From Cyanophora paradoxa CCMP329 (lineage: Eukaryota; Plantae; Glaucophyta), in contig QPMI01000085.1 of assembly GCA_004431415.1 (NCBI GenBank), forward strand, positions 1 to 64,000: 64,000 nt of DNA, given 5' to 3'. Position 1 is the first letter of the stretch, and the number at the start of each line of letters is the position of its first letter. Positions 13,259 through 26,365 of the stretch are shown one piece after another. A program made the position numbers and the translations under genes. The notes beneath the pieces are model-generated. The model searched no databases. It was not told the DNA's origin and saw only the letters and a program-made list of their open reading frames with translations.

Positions 13259-14661
13259 ATGGCCGGACGCGGTATCTCTGTGCTCGTCACGTCGTCTTTC
13301 GCCACGCGCTGCCGCCCGCCGGCAGTCGACCTTGCGCTACTTGCCGCCCGGCGGATCCCAGCTCCTTTGCGGATGCAGTCGCTGAGCGGGATCGGAGCAC
13401 CGCAGCGCGTGCATGCGGTCAGTACGTTCTGTTGAGAGCGGATCGATGTCCTGCGCTGACTCCGCGAAGCGCATTGGCGCGCCGCTTGGTCGGCGCAGCT
13501 TCGCGGGCGGCAGCGGCGGCATTCCCACGCCCGTTGATGCAGTGGAGGCATTCATTCGTGCAGGGCACGAAGTTGTGGGCCTTCCCTGGTGGCTCGCCAT
13601 CGCGGGTCTGGCGCTGTTTCATCTACATTGCTTTTCGCCACAGCATACCGTTTGTCGATGGTGATTTCGAAATGCGATCGCAGGGTCCGCTTTGGCTGTC
13701 CGGCTCGCATTTCTTCCACTCGTTCTGTACAGCAGGAGGGTTTCAGCACGTTATTCGTCCCTGAAACCACATAGGCAGCTGGCTTTTGCACTAGCTACAT
13801 CCTCGGCAAAGGAGAAAAGGTTTGCAGTGTTGAAGCATCCCAACCCGGATCTGAAATGCTGCGAATCATTCAGAGAACAGTATCTGGATTACGTTCGAGC
13901 CGTCTGGATTCAGTGCTCATTGTTCGATTCAAACCCCCTGAAGGCCTTGGTCGCCCCCCTTGCTATGATCCCCGTCTTCATAAGCTTTGCTTGGGCGATG
14001 AGGCGGATGGCGATTCCTGGCTCTGGGATGGAATTGGGTGGCATTCTCTGGTTCGAGGACCTTACACTCCCAGATGTTCACTTTCCTGGAATCATGTCAC
14101 TGGCGATCATCAATTGTGCAATTGTTCTTGCCAACCTTGTGGTGAGCAGCATCGTTCCTGAGATACCGTTCAGGAGTTGTTTTTGTACTCATAGAACGAC
14201 CAGGTATCATTTCGAACCACCGATCGCTCACTTCTATATGTGAAAGACATTTGCATGGTCCTAGTTGTTGCTATGACATGCTTCACTGCACAGCTTCCTC
14301 AGGTGCGATTCCTCCCATTATCAGAACATGATTTTGCATCGTATATGAAACGCCATGCAGGGATTTTTCATGTATTGGATACCATCTTCACTATTTGCAC
14401 TGGTCACCACACTGCTTACCAGGCATCCATTGATGCAGGAAAGGTGAACTCAAAATTACTGTTTGAGCGATTTAAATCTCATTGAGCTTCACTGCAAGGT
14501 TGCTTCGGAGTGCATGGGCAGGGCGAAAGCTGCCTCCACCCGTGCAGGACTTCTTTGAAGATGTTGCTCGGCAGCCAACAGAACATGCTGCAAGGGCTTC
14601 GGGAGGAGATGGTCCCCTTATACCCTCGGAGCCACAAAAACCGAAGGTACCCGTGCAGTGA
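13259..14661 (+). CDS. Oxa1/COX18 (YidC family) membrane insertase
   Basis: GLPWWLAIAG, PVFISFAWAMRRM, GGILWFEDLTLPD, FFMYWIPSS motifs; N-terminus resembles a mitochondrial presequence. Confidence 0.9.
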
Positions 14662-15236
14662 GAGGTTCGCACGCTTGCACACGGGTGCTCATCATTTGCT
14701 GAAGCTTTGATCTGCTGCTCACCCTTCGCCCGTGCAGGCGCTCCTCTGAAGGGAGGCTCGTGATTTCGATTTCGATCTCGGAGCTTTTCGATTTCGATCT
14801 CGGAGCTTTTCGATTTCGATCTCGGAGCTTTTCGATTTCAATCTGACCCCTTAGCGCCCCTGGTGCAGGCTGACTCCATGTGGGGTTCCCAGAGCCCGTA
14901 GGGGCTCCCACCACCGCCCCAAGACGACCCCTGCCGCGACAAGACGTGATGCCGCACTCGCCGTGCGGGCACCTAGGCCTGTAGCGAGCTACAGTGCTCG
15001 TAGGGAGGCGTTTGATATAAGGGCCGGTCCGGACTCTATGATTGCTAGGGCGCGCGGTGTGGAAAGGGCTGTGGGGCAAGGGGAAGCAGTTTGGAGAAGG
15101 GGGCCCCGGATCGGGAGGGGGGCACAACATGGAATTCGAAATCTCAATTGCAAGCTAGGGTGGATTCGGTACGTAATTAAAGTTGCATTTGCGCGAATTG
15201 CATGCATATGTGGCACAATTGCATTTAATATTTAAG

Positions 15237-15314
15237 CTCTTTCTAAGCGACGGGCGCGCCGGACCTCCTACCTACAGCGCTTTAACTGTACCCGTGCTGT
15301 TTGGGTGAGAGCGT
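15237..15314 (-). mobile_element. Truncated Fanzor right end (omegaRNA 3' part), 78 bp
   Basis: Matches 34178-34255 except one substitution; starts at the same CTCTTTCTAAG terminus. Confidence 0.9.
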
Positions 15315-15990
15315 CTTCGGGTCCCGTCGCACATCTTCGGGTCCCCGGTCGAGTTCGAAGCCACAAGCGCGCCAGCAGCGGGCTTGCGTCTGGCCTGCGA
15401 CTCTCTCTGTTTCACAGCCGGAGAGGAGACGGTTATCGAGTTGCAGGCAGTGGACTTTTAGGGACGCAACTTCTCTGGGGATCTCAGCTCCACGGACGAT
15501 CTTGAATTGGACATCAGTGGACCAGGTCCTGCAAATGGCACCCTAATGGGGGACATCGCAGGGCGCTATCGCCTGTGCTGGCGAGCCGTGATCGCCGGGC
15601 AGTATGAGGTGTCGATTGCCAGCAAGTCGAATCGCAGCGCTTCACCACTGTCCTTTTCAGTGACGGTCGTCTCTTCGCCACTCGCTCATGGCCCGTCCTG
15701 CATCGTTCACGAGCCATCCCGCACTGTTGCCGGCGAGCCCGCCCTCTTCAAAATCGCGCTGCACGACAGATACGGCAACAAGCTCGACACTGGCAGTGCG
15801 ATGGTCGAAGTGCGCCCAGCCGGCATCACGTGCACCGAGCCAGCGATGTGGAAGTCATCAGCACGCAATACGACGAATGGTGCCCCTGCGCCATCGTCTA
15901 TCCCCAAACCCCTATGCCCGTGCCAGCTCCGTCTCATGCATGTCGCCGGGAGTAGGGATTTTCTCGTAATTTATGACGCATTTGATCCAA
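15315..15990 (+). pseudogene. Filamin/ABP280-repeat gene fragment with an in-frame stop
   Basis: HIFGSPVEFE...FTAGEETVIELQAVDF*GRN...GRYRLCWRAVIAGQYEVSI...VAGEPALFKIALHDRYGN; no 5' part, abuts the Fanzor end. Confidence 0.65.
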
Positions 15991-16127
15991 CAATATATAC
16001 AGTACCCCGCTCGTTGGATCAGTGGTACTGCGTACGCAGCCAGCACGGCGGCGCGCGTACTGGCCTTCTAGCTTTTTAGGAGTGGCTATCGAATTCTGGT
16101 TCGGCTCCTCGGAACACGATTAGGACA

Positions 16128-17175
<1,048 letters not shown>

Positions 17176-17287
17176 TGGTCTTATAACTGAGCGAAATCTT
17201 CGTTGTCGCGCAAAATAAGACTGCTCTTTCGACTGCTTAATGTGTTCGCATTTACCGTAGTACTACACTAGCTGCATCTGTGATATA

Positions 17288-17807
17288 CTCTTTCTAAGCT
17301 ACGGGCGCGCCGGACCTCCTACCTACAGCGCTTTAACTGTACCCGTGCTGTTTGGGTGAGAGCGTAACCCGCAGGGACTGGTGCCCTGATGGAGAAAAGG
17401 GGATGGGAGCCTAGCCTAGCTACGAGCCGAGCAGGCGCTTCGCGTCCACGCCCGTGCCGTAGCGGATGAAGATGCTCCTGCAAGAGTACGATTACGATTG
17501 CGATCGGGCGGCGCTGGGAGGGCGAGCCGGCCCTAGGCCTAGACGGAAAATTACGCCGTGGCTGGGCCGTGTCGGGACTAGGCGGGGGGAGCAGCGATTG
17601 TGTATAGGCGTGTATAGACACAACACGCACCGCGCGGCGCCGCCGTCGCGGTCCGCCCGGAAGCCGCACCCGGGGCGGCACTCGAAGACCCTCTTCGAGC
17701 CGAGCCCGTAGTTGATCTTGCCGCACAGGCCAAAATCTCCAGGCCAAATTAGATGGGGGGGGAGGGGAAGGCTCAGATGAGCATGTCTTCTCGTCAGCGG
17801 GCAGACG
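17288..17807 (-). mobile_element. Non-autonomous, internally deleted Fanzor element with both ends
   Basis: 17288-17727 near-identical to 34178-34617 (omegaRNA plus last Fanzor codons); 17739-17807 shared with 56932-57001; followed by CTTAAGC. Confidence 0.9.
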
Positions 17808-17939
17808 CTTAAGCGACTCATCCCCCTGTATGGGCGACTCATAGGAATGCAGCCCTCGCTGTTGCCGACCTGGCCCCGATCGCGAAGCTTGCGAGGGGAG
17901 TGAGCATCATGGCATTTGGACACATACTAAAAACGCAAG

Positions 17940-18370
17940 TCGGGGCTACAGGTGCGTGTGGGGTGTACGATTAGGGGTTGCACGGGAAGCTGCGGACCCA
18001 GCCCACATGCGCATATGCATGCACCAGCAATATTAATTGCAAGCTGGCCAGCCGGGCCCCCTACAACGCTAGCTGAGGAGAGTAATGCACCTAGGCGTCC
18101 CCGCGGACACTGTACAATGCTATACGGTACTACGGTATCTAGCTAGCTACATGTGTGCAACGTGCCGACGTCTTGTGGCGGCGGGTCCCGGGGGTCGGGA
18201 CATCATCTCGAGGTGGTACCGGTGGCGGGAGCCCATATGCATACGGGCCGCGGGCCCCGCCCTTCGAATTCAAGACCCTGAGGCTTGGGGCCCTACATGT
18301 ACATGGAGTCAGCATTAATTGCGGCATGCCCCAGGGGGCCCAGTGCGAAAAGGGGTCACTGAGTCAGATC
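17940..18370 (+). repeat. Diverged dispersed repeat, related to about 10600-10850 and (inverted) 14870-14957
   Basis: Shared blocks GGAGAGTAATGC, CTAGCTAGCTAC, ACGTCTTGT.GCGGC, GGGAGCCC, CATGGAGTCAGC, AAGGGGTCA. Confidence 0.6.
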
Positions 18371-18709
18371 CAGATCCAAAGGTCTTGACCGTTGGACATC
18401 AAGGACGCCCGACCTTAGCTTCCCGTGCAACCCCTAATCGTGCAACGCCTAATCGTAATCGTAATCGCAATCAAGGACTCCCAACCTTAGCTTTCTGTTA
18501 AACCCTAATCATAATCGTAGGCTCCTCCCACATTGGCCTTAAAAAAGGATTGGCCTTGGCCTCCCTCCCCGGGGACCACGTCATTAAAAAGGATTGGCCT
18601 TGGCCTCCCTCCTCCCATATTGGCCTTGCTCCATTAGGATTCGGAATGACATCCTACCTTGTACAGCTACGCTAGTTAACTAAAGAAAACCCTACATAGT
18701 GGAACACGA

Positions 18710-20093
18710 CTATGCTGAAAGAGCGTAGTCATCAAGTGTTCCATAATATCGCACACGGTCGAACTCATCAGTCTCCGAGTGAAAATGAACCTGTGAGCGT
18801 GTAAGGTACAGTAAAAGAAAGTGCATGCTGCAAGTACTGCACCCATATTGGAGCATCCCGTAGCAAAGGACTATCATCCAGGAATGCTGTGTCGCCTTGC
18901 CGAATGGCTTCAAAAACTTGAGGAAGGTGGCGCTTGAAGATAGTGTACCGTAACCTAATCAGGATAAGAATCGTGAAAACCAAAAACCGTAACAACCAAA
19001 TTCGGGCGAACGCGGACCTTAGTGGAAGTGTTCCAGGGACGAGACAAGGGAGACCCCCAGTGACCTGCACGTGGACACGGAGACTGGCTTCCCCAGCTGC
19101 CCGACCATCGGGATCCTCTAAACACCATTCAGCAAGAACTGCGACCCTGATTCAAAGAAAGGAAAGAAAGGCACAGATCATGCACAAACCTTCGTCCCTC
19201 ATGAGCTGCGTTCCAAAATCTCGCAGCTGTGCACGGTTGTACGCAACACCGATTGACAAAAAGAGGTCCGCCGTGATATCCGAATGCGTGAGCGTGTACC
19301 GCCGCGCTGGCATCTCCGTTGTACCTAGCCGACCGCGTCGTTGGATCCCGCTCAAGAACGTGACCTTGAGCTTCGATGGCTGAAGGTGGATGTACTTGGG
19401 ATCTTCCCGCAGGGCACGGACGCGAGTTCTGCGAAACCGATCGCGATGCTCCTGCAACGCACGCCGCGCTTCCAGCAAGCGCGCGTCGACAGGCGTTGGA
19501 GGGTGCTTGATACGGCGCGGCACGGCCGGCTCCGGGCAAGCGCACAGTCCGCCATTCTGTAGGCCCATGGGGGAGACTGCATCCCCAGGAACGAACTCGG
19601 CGACCGGACGGGGGGCGAGCAGGACACCAGCCTCCGTGCAGTCACACAGTCGGGTCTCCGCGGACGATTCGTCGAGACTCTCTGTTCCGCCGACGTCCTC
19701 CGCAAAAGTGATCAAAGATGGCGGGGCACGGGCAGTGTGCTCGTCGTCGCCCGCGGTGCGGGGAGTGCGCAAGTACATGCTCTCTGGGCCGCCATGTTGC
19801 GGCTGCAGCGGCCGCCGCGGGGCCGGTGCACGCAGATACCTTCGGCTGGAGTTCCTCGCTGAAAAGAGGCGGGAAGACTGCTGGGGCCAGAAGCCCGCCC
19901 GACACGCGCCCTCCACGCTGCACGCGACGGCGTGCCCCGCGGCCGGGTGCAGCACGCGCGACCAGGCGGCCGCGTAGCCGACGGCGGCTGACCACTGGCA
20001 GCACTTGGGGATGTGTGCCGGCGCGAGAGCCAGGGGCGAAACGCGCTCCGCTCGAGCGAGGGGCGGCCCGGCGGGCAAGGGCACGAAGGCCAT
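18710..20093 (-). CDS. SGR: Stay-Green (Mg-dechelatase) family protein with plastid transit peptide
   Basis: PSKLKVTF...RRYTLTHSDITADLFLSIG...RDEVLAEW...LRVHVQV...RYTIFKRHLP...WVHFHS...YYGTL; N-terminus MAFVPL. Confidence 0.92.
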
Positions 20094-20399
20094 CTGCGCG
20101 GCGCCTGCGTAAGTACACGGCGCGGCGCAACATCCGCAGCGCTTTCTGAGCTGTCGCGGCGCGGCCGGCGCGGCGGGCCGCACGCACGTGTGCTCCGGCC
20201 CCTGCGCTGCCCCTCGCCGCCGCCGTCGCACACGGCCGACAAGAACTAAGACTTCAGCAGCTCGCCCCGGTCCGCCCTCGATGAGCCACCGGAAGCCGAT
20301 CTGCAGTTGGATTGCCCGGGGGGGTATGGTGCTACACACCGCTTCTCCCCCCTCTTCCCGCCAGAATACAAATTTTCCAGCCCGACGCGCGGCGCCAGT

Positions 20400-22559
20400 A
20401 TGGGCAAGCGCGAGAGACCGGCCGAAGCGCCAGAGGAGCAAGCAGAGGGGGGCGAGCTGGTGACCGACGCGCCAGGCGAGGATCCCGGGCCATCCTGCGC
20501 CTGCGCTTTCGCTGGCTGTGTCTCACGAGCGGAGCCGCAGAGGTGCCTGCTGAAGTAGGCCAGGGGGCACCTGTTTGCGTCCGGCCGGGCAGCATCGACC
20601 CGCAGCTCCTCAAGTTCTACTACAGTATGCCCCGCGCAGCCGCGTCCCGCACGCTCGCTGACTGGCGCGGCTGCTTAGAGAGGCTGTTCCCGTACAAGAG
20701 CTTCTACCGCTGGCTCACGTACGGCAAGGCGGCAGGTGAGTTCGCCTCGAAGCGCAATACCTTACGAACCCGGCGCGAACGCCCCCCAGCCAAGGACGCT
20801 GCTGGTTGCGACGAGGCCAAATTCCCCAACCGAGAGTTTTGCTTCACTCTGGACGCCGGTGGTGGCGATGAGATTTTTGCGCGCTACCAGTCGTTCATGG
20901 GCCCCGAGGACATGCAGAAAGCGGTACGCTGCGATTTTTGAAGCGTTCACGTATTTCAAATCATTAACGCGTTCGAAGATGGTGGAGAAGTGCCCCGTGA
21001 AGATTGACATCGGCCCCATCTACTCGCAACAGGCGCGAATTTTCTCGTTCGCAGTGCATGCGTTCTGATTCTCTCAAGCAGTGCTCCGAACGGAAAAAAT
21101 TTTCGACCGAACAATTCAAGCCAGTGCAGCGCGAGCTCGTCTTCGATATTGACATGACTGACTACGACGACATTCGCACGTGAGCAGCTCAACCTGAGTG
21201 CGACGATCACGCAAATAATGCTCGGCAGTTGTTGCAAAGGCGCTGATGTATGCAAAAAATGCTGGGTGTTCATTTCCTGTGCGATTAAAGTGCTGGATGC
21301 CGGATTGAGAGGTGGCTTTCTCTATCGTGACCCACAGTGGATGAGTTGGATTTAATGCAGTTTGTTTTACCTGCAGAGGATTTCGGTTTCGAGCGCATCA
21401 TGTGGGTGTACAGCGGCAGGCGAGGCGTGCATTGCTGGGTCTGTGATGAACGAGCCAGGTGCATGGCTGACGATGCACGAGGTGCATTGGCGGAATACTT
21501 TGCCCTTTACAAGGTGCTGCGTGTCTATCTGAAGAGATGATGTCTTGTTGCCGATGTTGTTTTGCAGGGTAGCGAAAACAACAAGAACAAAGCTATTTAC
21601 ATGACGTACCCCATGCACCCGTCACTGGCGTGCGTCTACAGAAACTGTACTTGTCGCTGTTGCACTGATGCATCATGTGTTTGGCAGGCGTTCTCTTCGG
21701 CTTGTGGAACCGCTGTTCACACGCCTTGTTGAAGAGCAAGGCTACTTTGATGGTCCTGAGCAATGGGAGCGAGTACTCGCTCTGATTCCAGATGACGCAG
21801 CAGGCAACGATTTTTCTTCATGCATTCAAACATTTGTGCCCTCATGCAAATCAGCAGACCTTCGAGACCTTCTGCGGGAGCAGTGGCAGAAAGAGGGTGG
21901 TCGATCGGGTGTGTACCGGTGGCAGCAGTTCAGGAAGACTATTGAGCACGCAGCGAAAACTGTGCACAAGAAAGACGGCAAAAGATGGGTCGCTCTCCGG
22001 CAGCTGGTTGAGCAGGTCATCTTCTCTCATACGTATCCAAGACTGGATATCCATGTGTCGAAGAAGATGAACCATCTGCTGAAAGCTCCGTTCTGTGTGC
22101 ATCCAAAGACCGGTCAGCTTTCTTTAGAATCAGTTTTGCTCCTCCGACACTCACCTGCGGGCAGGCAAAGTCTGCGTCCCTATATTCACACATGACTGCG
22201 AGAATTTCGACCCAGCAGCCGTTCCAACGCTTACAGGGTTGTATGAGGAGTGCCTCAACGAGCCAACTGCCAACGCAGCCGAGCCCCTGCTCCGAGAAGG
22301 TTGGCTCCCCGGCCATGATTGGTAGTTTTTTACACCGAATAACCTAGCAGAGTACAAAAAGTCGATGCTCCGTGAGCCGATTATGCTCTTCCACAACTCC
22401 CTCATCCTACCATTTGAGCGAGCCATCCGCCAGAAGAGTGGTGACGTTTATTTTGCCCTCTTGTATATTTTCCAGCCAGCTCACTTCGAATTCCAGGCCT
22501 GGCAAGCGACGATCTGTTCTGACATCTCGAACTCCTGCACTGCCGAAACCCCTCAGTAG
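20400..22559 (+). CDS. PRIM1: DNA primase small (catalytic) subunit
   Basis: [82 protein letters not shown]. Confidence 0.97.
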
Positions 22560-23320
22560 TCCACTTTTTGTTCAGCATAGACACTGATGTACACTAGCGG
22601 CTAGCTAGCTGCATCTGTGACGCCGTCAACTGTATGGGCTACACATACAAAGGTCTCTGATGGTCATGCGTTCAAGATTTATTGTGTTTATAGACTTTCA
22701 CAACGTCTGTGCTACAAAACACAAAGTTAAAAACCACACACTGCAAAACGTTTCTCAGCATGTTTATGGATTTCTTTTGATTCGTCTCTCTTAATGTCTG
22801 AGCTTTTTGGGCACGAAACTAGAACACAACGCCCGCGCCGGCCCGGGCCCGGGCTAGCGCTAGCGCTACATGTACATGTACAATTGCGAGTGCACATATA
22901 TATATGCGCCTGCGGGCCTGCATGTCAACGTGGCACAGTGTGGTCATCATCGCTGCATGCGCAAGCCTGCCGGCTCAGCGGCTAGCCTATAGCTATTAGC
23001 AATAGGGGCCTACCAAGCTACTAGGCTAGGGGACTCCCCGGAGATCTCGAGCTCTGATGATCCAATGATCATGATCGCAATTGAAATCGTACGACGGTAG
23101 TCGCCGAGTCGATCGCGAACTCATCCCTGTAAGCGCCGAACCCTTGTTGACGTCCATGGCCAACCTCAGTCGACGTCCAACCAAATCGTATATACATCAT
23201 GGCATAATCGAAATCGAAATCAAACCCCAACCCCCGTCCAGCCAAATCGTGATTGCAGGCGGAGTCTCACAATGCGGAGCATGCACACTGTGACAGTGTA
23301 TTGGTACACTACGACATCCG

Positions 23321-24826
23321 TTAAGAAAGCTCCTCTGCTACTTTTTTCTTCTCAAGATCCTGAAGAACGTGTACGAGGAATTTCATCCCTCGCATCTTGT
23401 CACGAGGATGCCAGCTGTTCTCGGCAATGGTCCGTGATGCCATTCGTGCAATGTGCTGGTACTTGGACTCTGCTGGAAGCTGGGACAGAAGAGCATCGTG
23501 GTCCATGCCAACTGAGAGGTCCACCTTCGCCTGCAGCTCAGGTCCTGTGTCGAACAATTCCAGCTCTGCTCGTTTCGCGAAGTCCAGTGCCTTATCTTCC
23601 TTGAAAATGCCCTCGTGCTCGAAGTATGGCTCAAAAACAGCATCGATGTCTCCATCCAACTCCTCCTCTGCCTCGTCGTCCACCAGCATTCCGTATGGCG
23701 GGTACAGGTCGTCCTTGGGTGGGACAGGCCCGTGTGAGGCGGGGCGAACAAGCTCCACCAAGGCCTGTTTCATTTTGATGAGAGCCACACGTGTGTCCTC
23801 AACTTGGCTGCGGCTGGTCTCCTTCAAGATGGTGAGGGCCTCTTGCTCCAGGAGCTCCGAAATTCGCAACTCATGCGCGTCTGCACGCAGCTTCGCGTCC
23901 TCCTTCAGCGCATGAAGCTGCTTGCGTTGCTCCTGCCAGGGCAGCTGGCCGATTGCTTCAAGACGCCGCTCGAACCGGTCTGCATCGTGCTCGGCGAGCT
24001 CCCCAGACTCTCCCGGCGTCGCAGATGCCTGGATTTCTGCCTCCCACTCGGCCAGTTGCTGCTGCAGGACGCTGAACTCCTGCTCCCGAGCAGGCAGGAT
24101 GTTCTCCTCGATCGCCCGGATATCCCGCAGTAGCTGGGTCTCTTCGCCGTACGCCATATACGAAACCTGTTGGAGCGTCCAGCGCCAAACTGCGTCCGTA
24201 GGCCCACGGCCATCTGGCTGCAGCTGGTTGTCTAAGGGGAGCCGCCTGTCGCCTTCACGGGCTTCCCGTGGCCGCCGCCGATCGAAGTCGCGGCCCGTCT
24301 GCTGCCTCCGGTCACGACGGTCGTCCCCGCGACGGTCGTCCCAGCGACGGTCGTCCCCGCGACGGTCGTCCCCGCGACGGTCGTCTCCTCGACGGTCGTC
24401 TCGGCCGCGGCCGTCGCGGCTGATGACGGCAGCGGTGCCTCGGCCCGCGCCTGGTCCCGGCGCTGTGATCGCCAGCAACAGAACTTGTTAGAAGTTATCG
24501 ACTGAATACAGGGATGCAAGAGCGGTGTGAACCGGGGGGCTGGTTTGGAAGCACGCCCGCGTGGCCTCGCCCGCGACCAGCGCCAGGTGGCGGGGACGCC
24601 GCGCCCGCCGCCGAACTGTCACCAAGGAGCGACGGCCGGCATGCGTGCAGGCAGCGCAGGTGCTGGCCGGCGCGGCATACGACGAGCTGCCGAAGCGCCG
24701 GAGCGGCGCGCAGCATCTCTGGAGGCCGCTGAAGAAGCGTGCAGTTAGCTTCGCGGCGCGCGTGCGGCGTGCGCGCGCAGGGGAGACGGCGGACCTGCAC
24801 ACACTGAGGACGCTGTACCCGTACAT
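23321..24826 (-). CDS. Hypothetical protein, probably organelle-targeted, with DDRRG repeats and coiled coil
   Basis: 385-aa ORF plus an upstream Arg/Ser-rich exon (MYGYSVLSVCRSAVSPARARR); 15-bp tandem repeat at about 24316-24400. Confidence 0.65.
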
Positions 24827-24893
24827 TCCGCTCGCGGCTTTCAGTCGGCTCTCCCGGCTCGCCTTTTGGCGGGCACAGTCGAGGGAGCCGAAG

Positions 24894-25786
24894 ATGTCGG
24901 CCGCACAGCCGCCTGCGCAGTCTCGCGGGATGCTTACGAGCTTCGGTGAGCGGCCGACTCCCGCCACCGTTCCGATGGAATGCGCTCGGCCTCTGACACG
25001 CTTCGGCACCCAAAGATACGTACAAGATTGCGAAGACGCTTCGACTAGCGGCTGGAATTACTGGCGCTGGCCTGTCGGTCCGCCCGTCGCCGACTGATCC
25101 GTCCTGGCGTCCTGACCCCTTGCCCAGGTGCTCGGCTTCTTCAGCATTCTGACGATGATCGTCTCGGTCAACGTGCCGGGCCTTATCATCTCCATATACA
25201 TGATGTGCGTCACGGCACAGTACGCGCTTGTACGTGTCGCTCGACTAACCTTTTCTGCAGCCCTTTCGGTGCATGCGGGTTCGTTTTCTCTCCCTTTCCT
25301 CGAGCTCATTGCATGCAGGCCTCCTGATCGTTCTTGCGGAGCTGCGGTGGAACTGGAGGTAGCTTCCGTTTCTGGTTTTGCGGGCTGGCCGTCTTTCGTG
25401 ACAAGTTCGTCGCAGATTCGTGATGGACGCCTTCCCGTTCCTGACCACGTACCTGGGACGTGGTGTCTTCTACATCTTGTGCGTTCTTTTCCACCGCGTG
25501 CGCGTTCGGCGTCTTACTGGGGACGCTGCAGCATCGGCACCCTCACACTTGGTATCTTCTACCCGTGGGGATACGTTGCTGGCGCCGTCCTCATTGCAAA
25601 CGGCATCGTGTCGATGATCATTTCGTGCCGCCCGGATGCAAAGGAAGAGGCTGTCACCACGGCACCGCCCCCAGGAGTTGCCGTGCGCTCTTTGCTCATA
25701 TTCTCCAAGAAAAAGATTCACCAATGACAATTCTGTTTCACCAGGCCGCTGGAACCTTTGCGAACCTCTTCCGGGGCGGGCAGTAG
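24894..25786 (+). CDS. COPI-associated / TVP15-like Golgi membrane protein
   Basis: IYMIPFGLLIVLAELR...FPFLTTYLGRGVFYIFIGTL motif; includes an 8-nt exon. Confidence 0.8.
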
Positions 25787-26365
25787 AAGCGAACCTCTTC
25801 TGTGTACATTGTAAGCTTCGGAGAGTTTGGGCTTCGCTTTCATCGTTTAATCCGGTTTTACCTCACGGGATATAATCGCCATGAAACATAGCAGGTCGAG
25901 GGTGGTTAGACTTTGCCAACCGTCGGCTCGGATGCTGTGCACGTGGGCATGCATATGCACGTGCACAGGGCCCCTGGGCCTAGCTTAGTGCATGCGCAGT
26001 GACATGCACATGGGAAATCAGCTAGCGCTGCAGCGCTAGCGCTAGCCGTAATTAATAATAATAAGGCCGCCGCTGGGCGCTGGCGCCGGCAGCTGGCGCA
26101 TGCGCAGCTGCGCGGCCGGTGCACGTGCACGTGAACGTGCCACAGTGCATGTGGCCATGTGCATATGCATGGGAGATCGCAATCGTGGGGGACGGACGTC
26201 GACGGCGCGCGCGCGGGGCAAAATTAAATTATATATATATATAGCTCCGGCCCCTGCGGGCCGGGAGTGGGGGGGGGGGGGGGGGGGGGGAATCCGTTTC
26301 TATACCGACTAGATCAGGACTAGATCAGCTTGGACGCCTCGGAGCTCGCGGGCTCCCGCAGCGGC

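Noticed and set aside
18425-18630. Interstitial telomere-like CCCTAATC repeats
   Set aside because: Too short and degenerate; part of AATCGT-type simple repeats
22605-22620. 16-nt match (CTAGCTGCATCTGTGA) to the predicted guide of the 17288 copy
   Set aside because: The scaffold-proximal 4 nt mismatch and there is no adjacent TTAAG; more likely a small shared repeat
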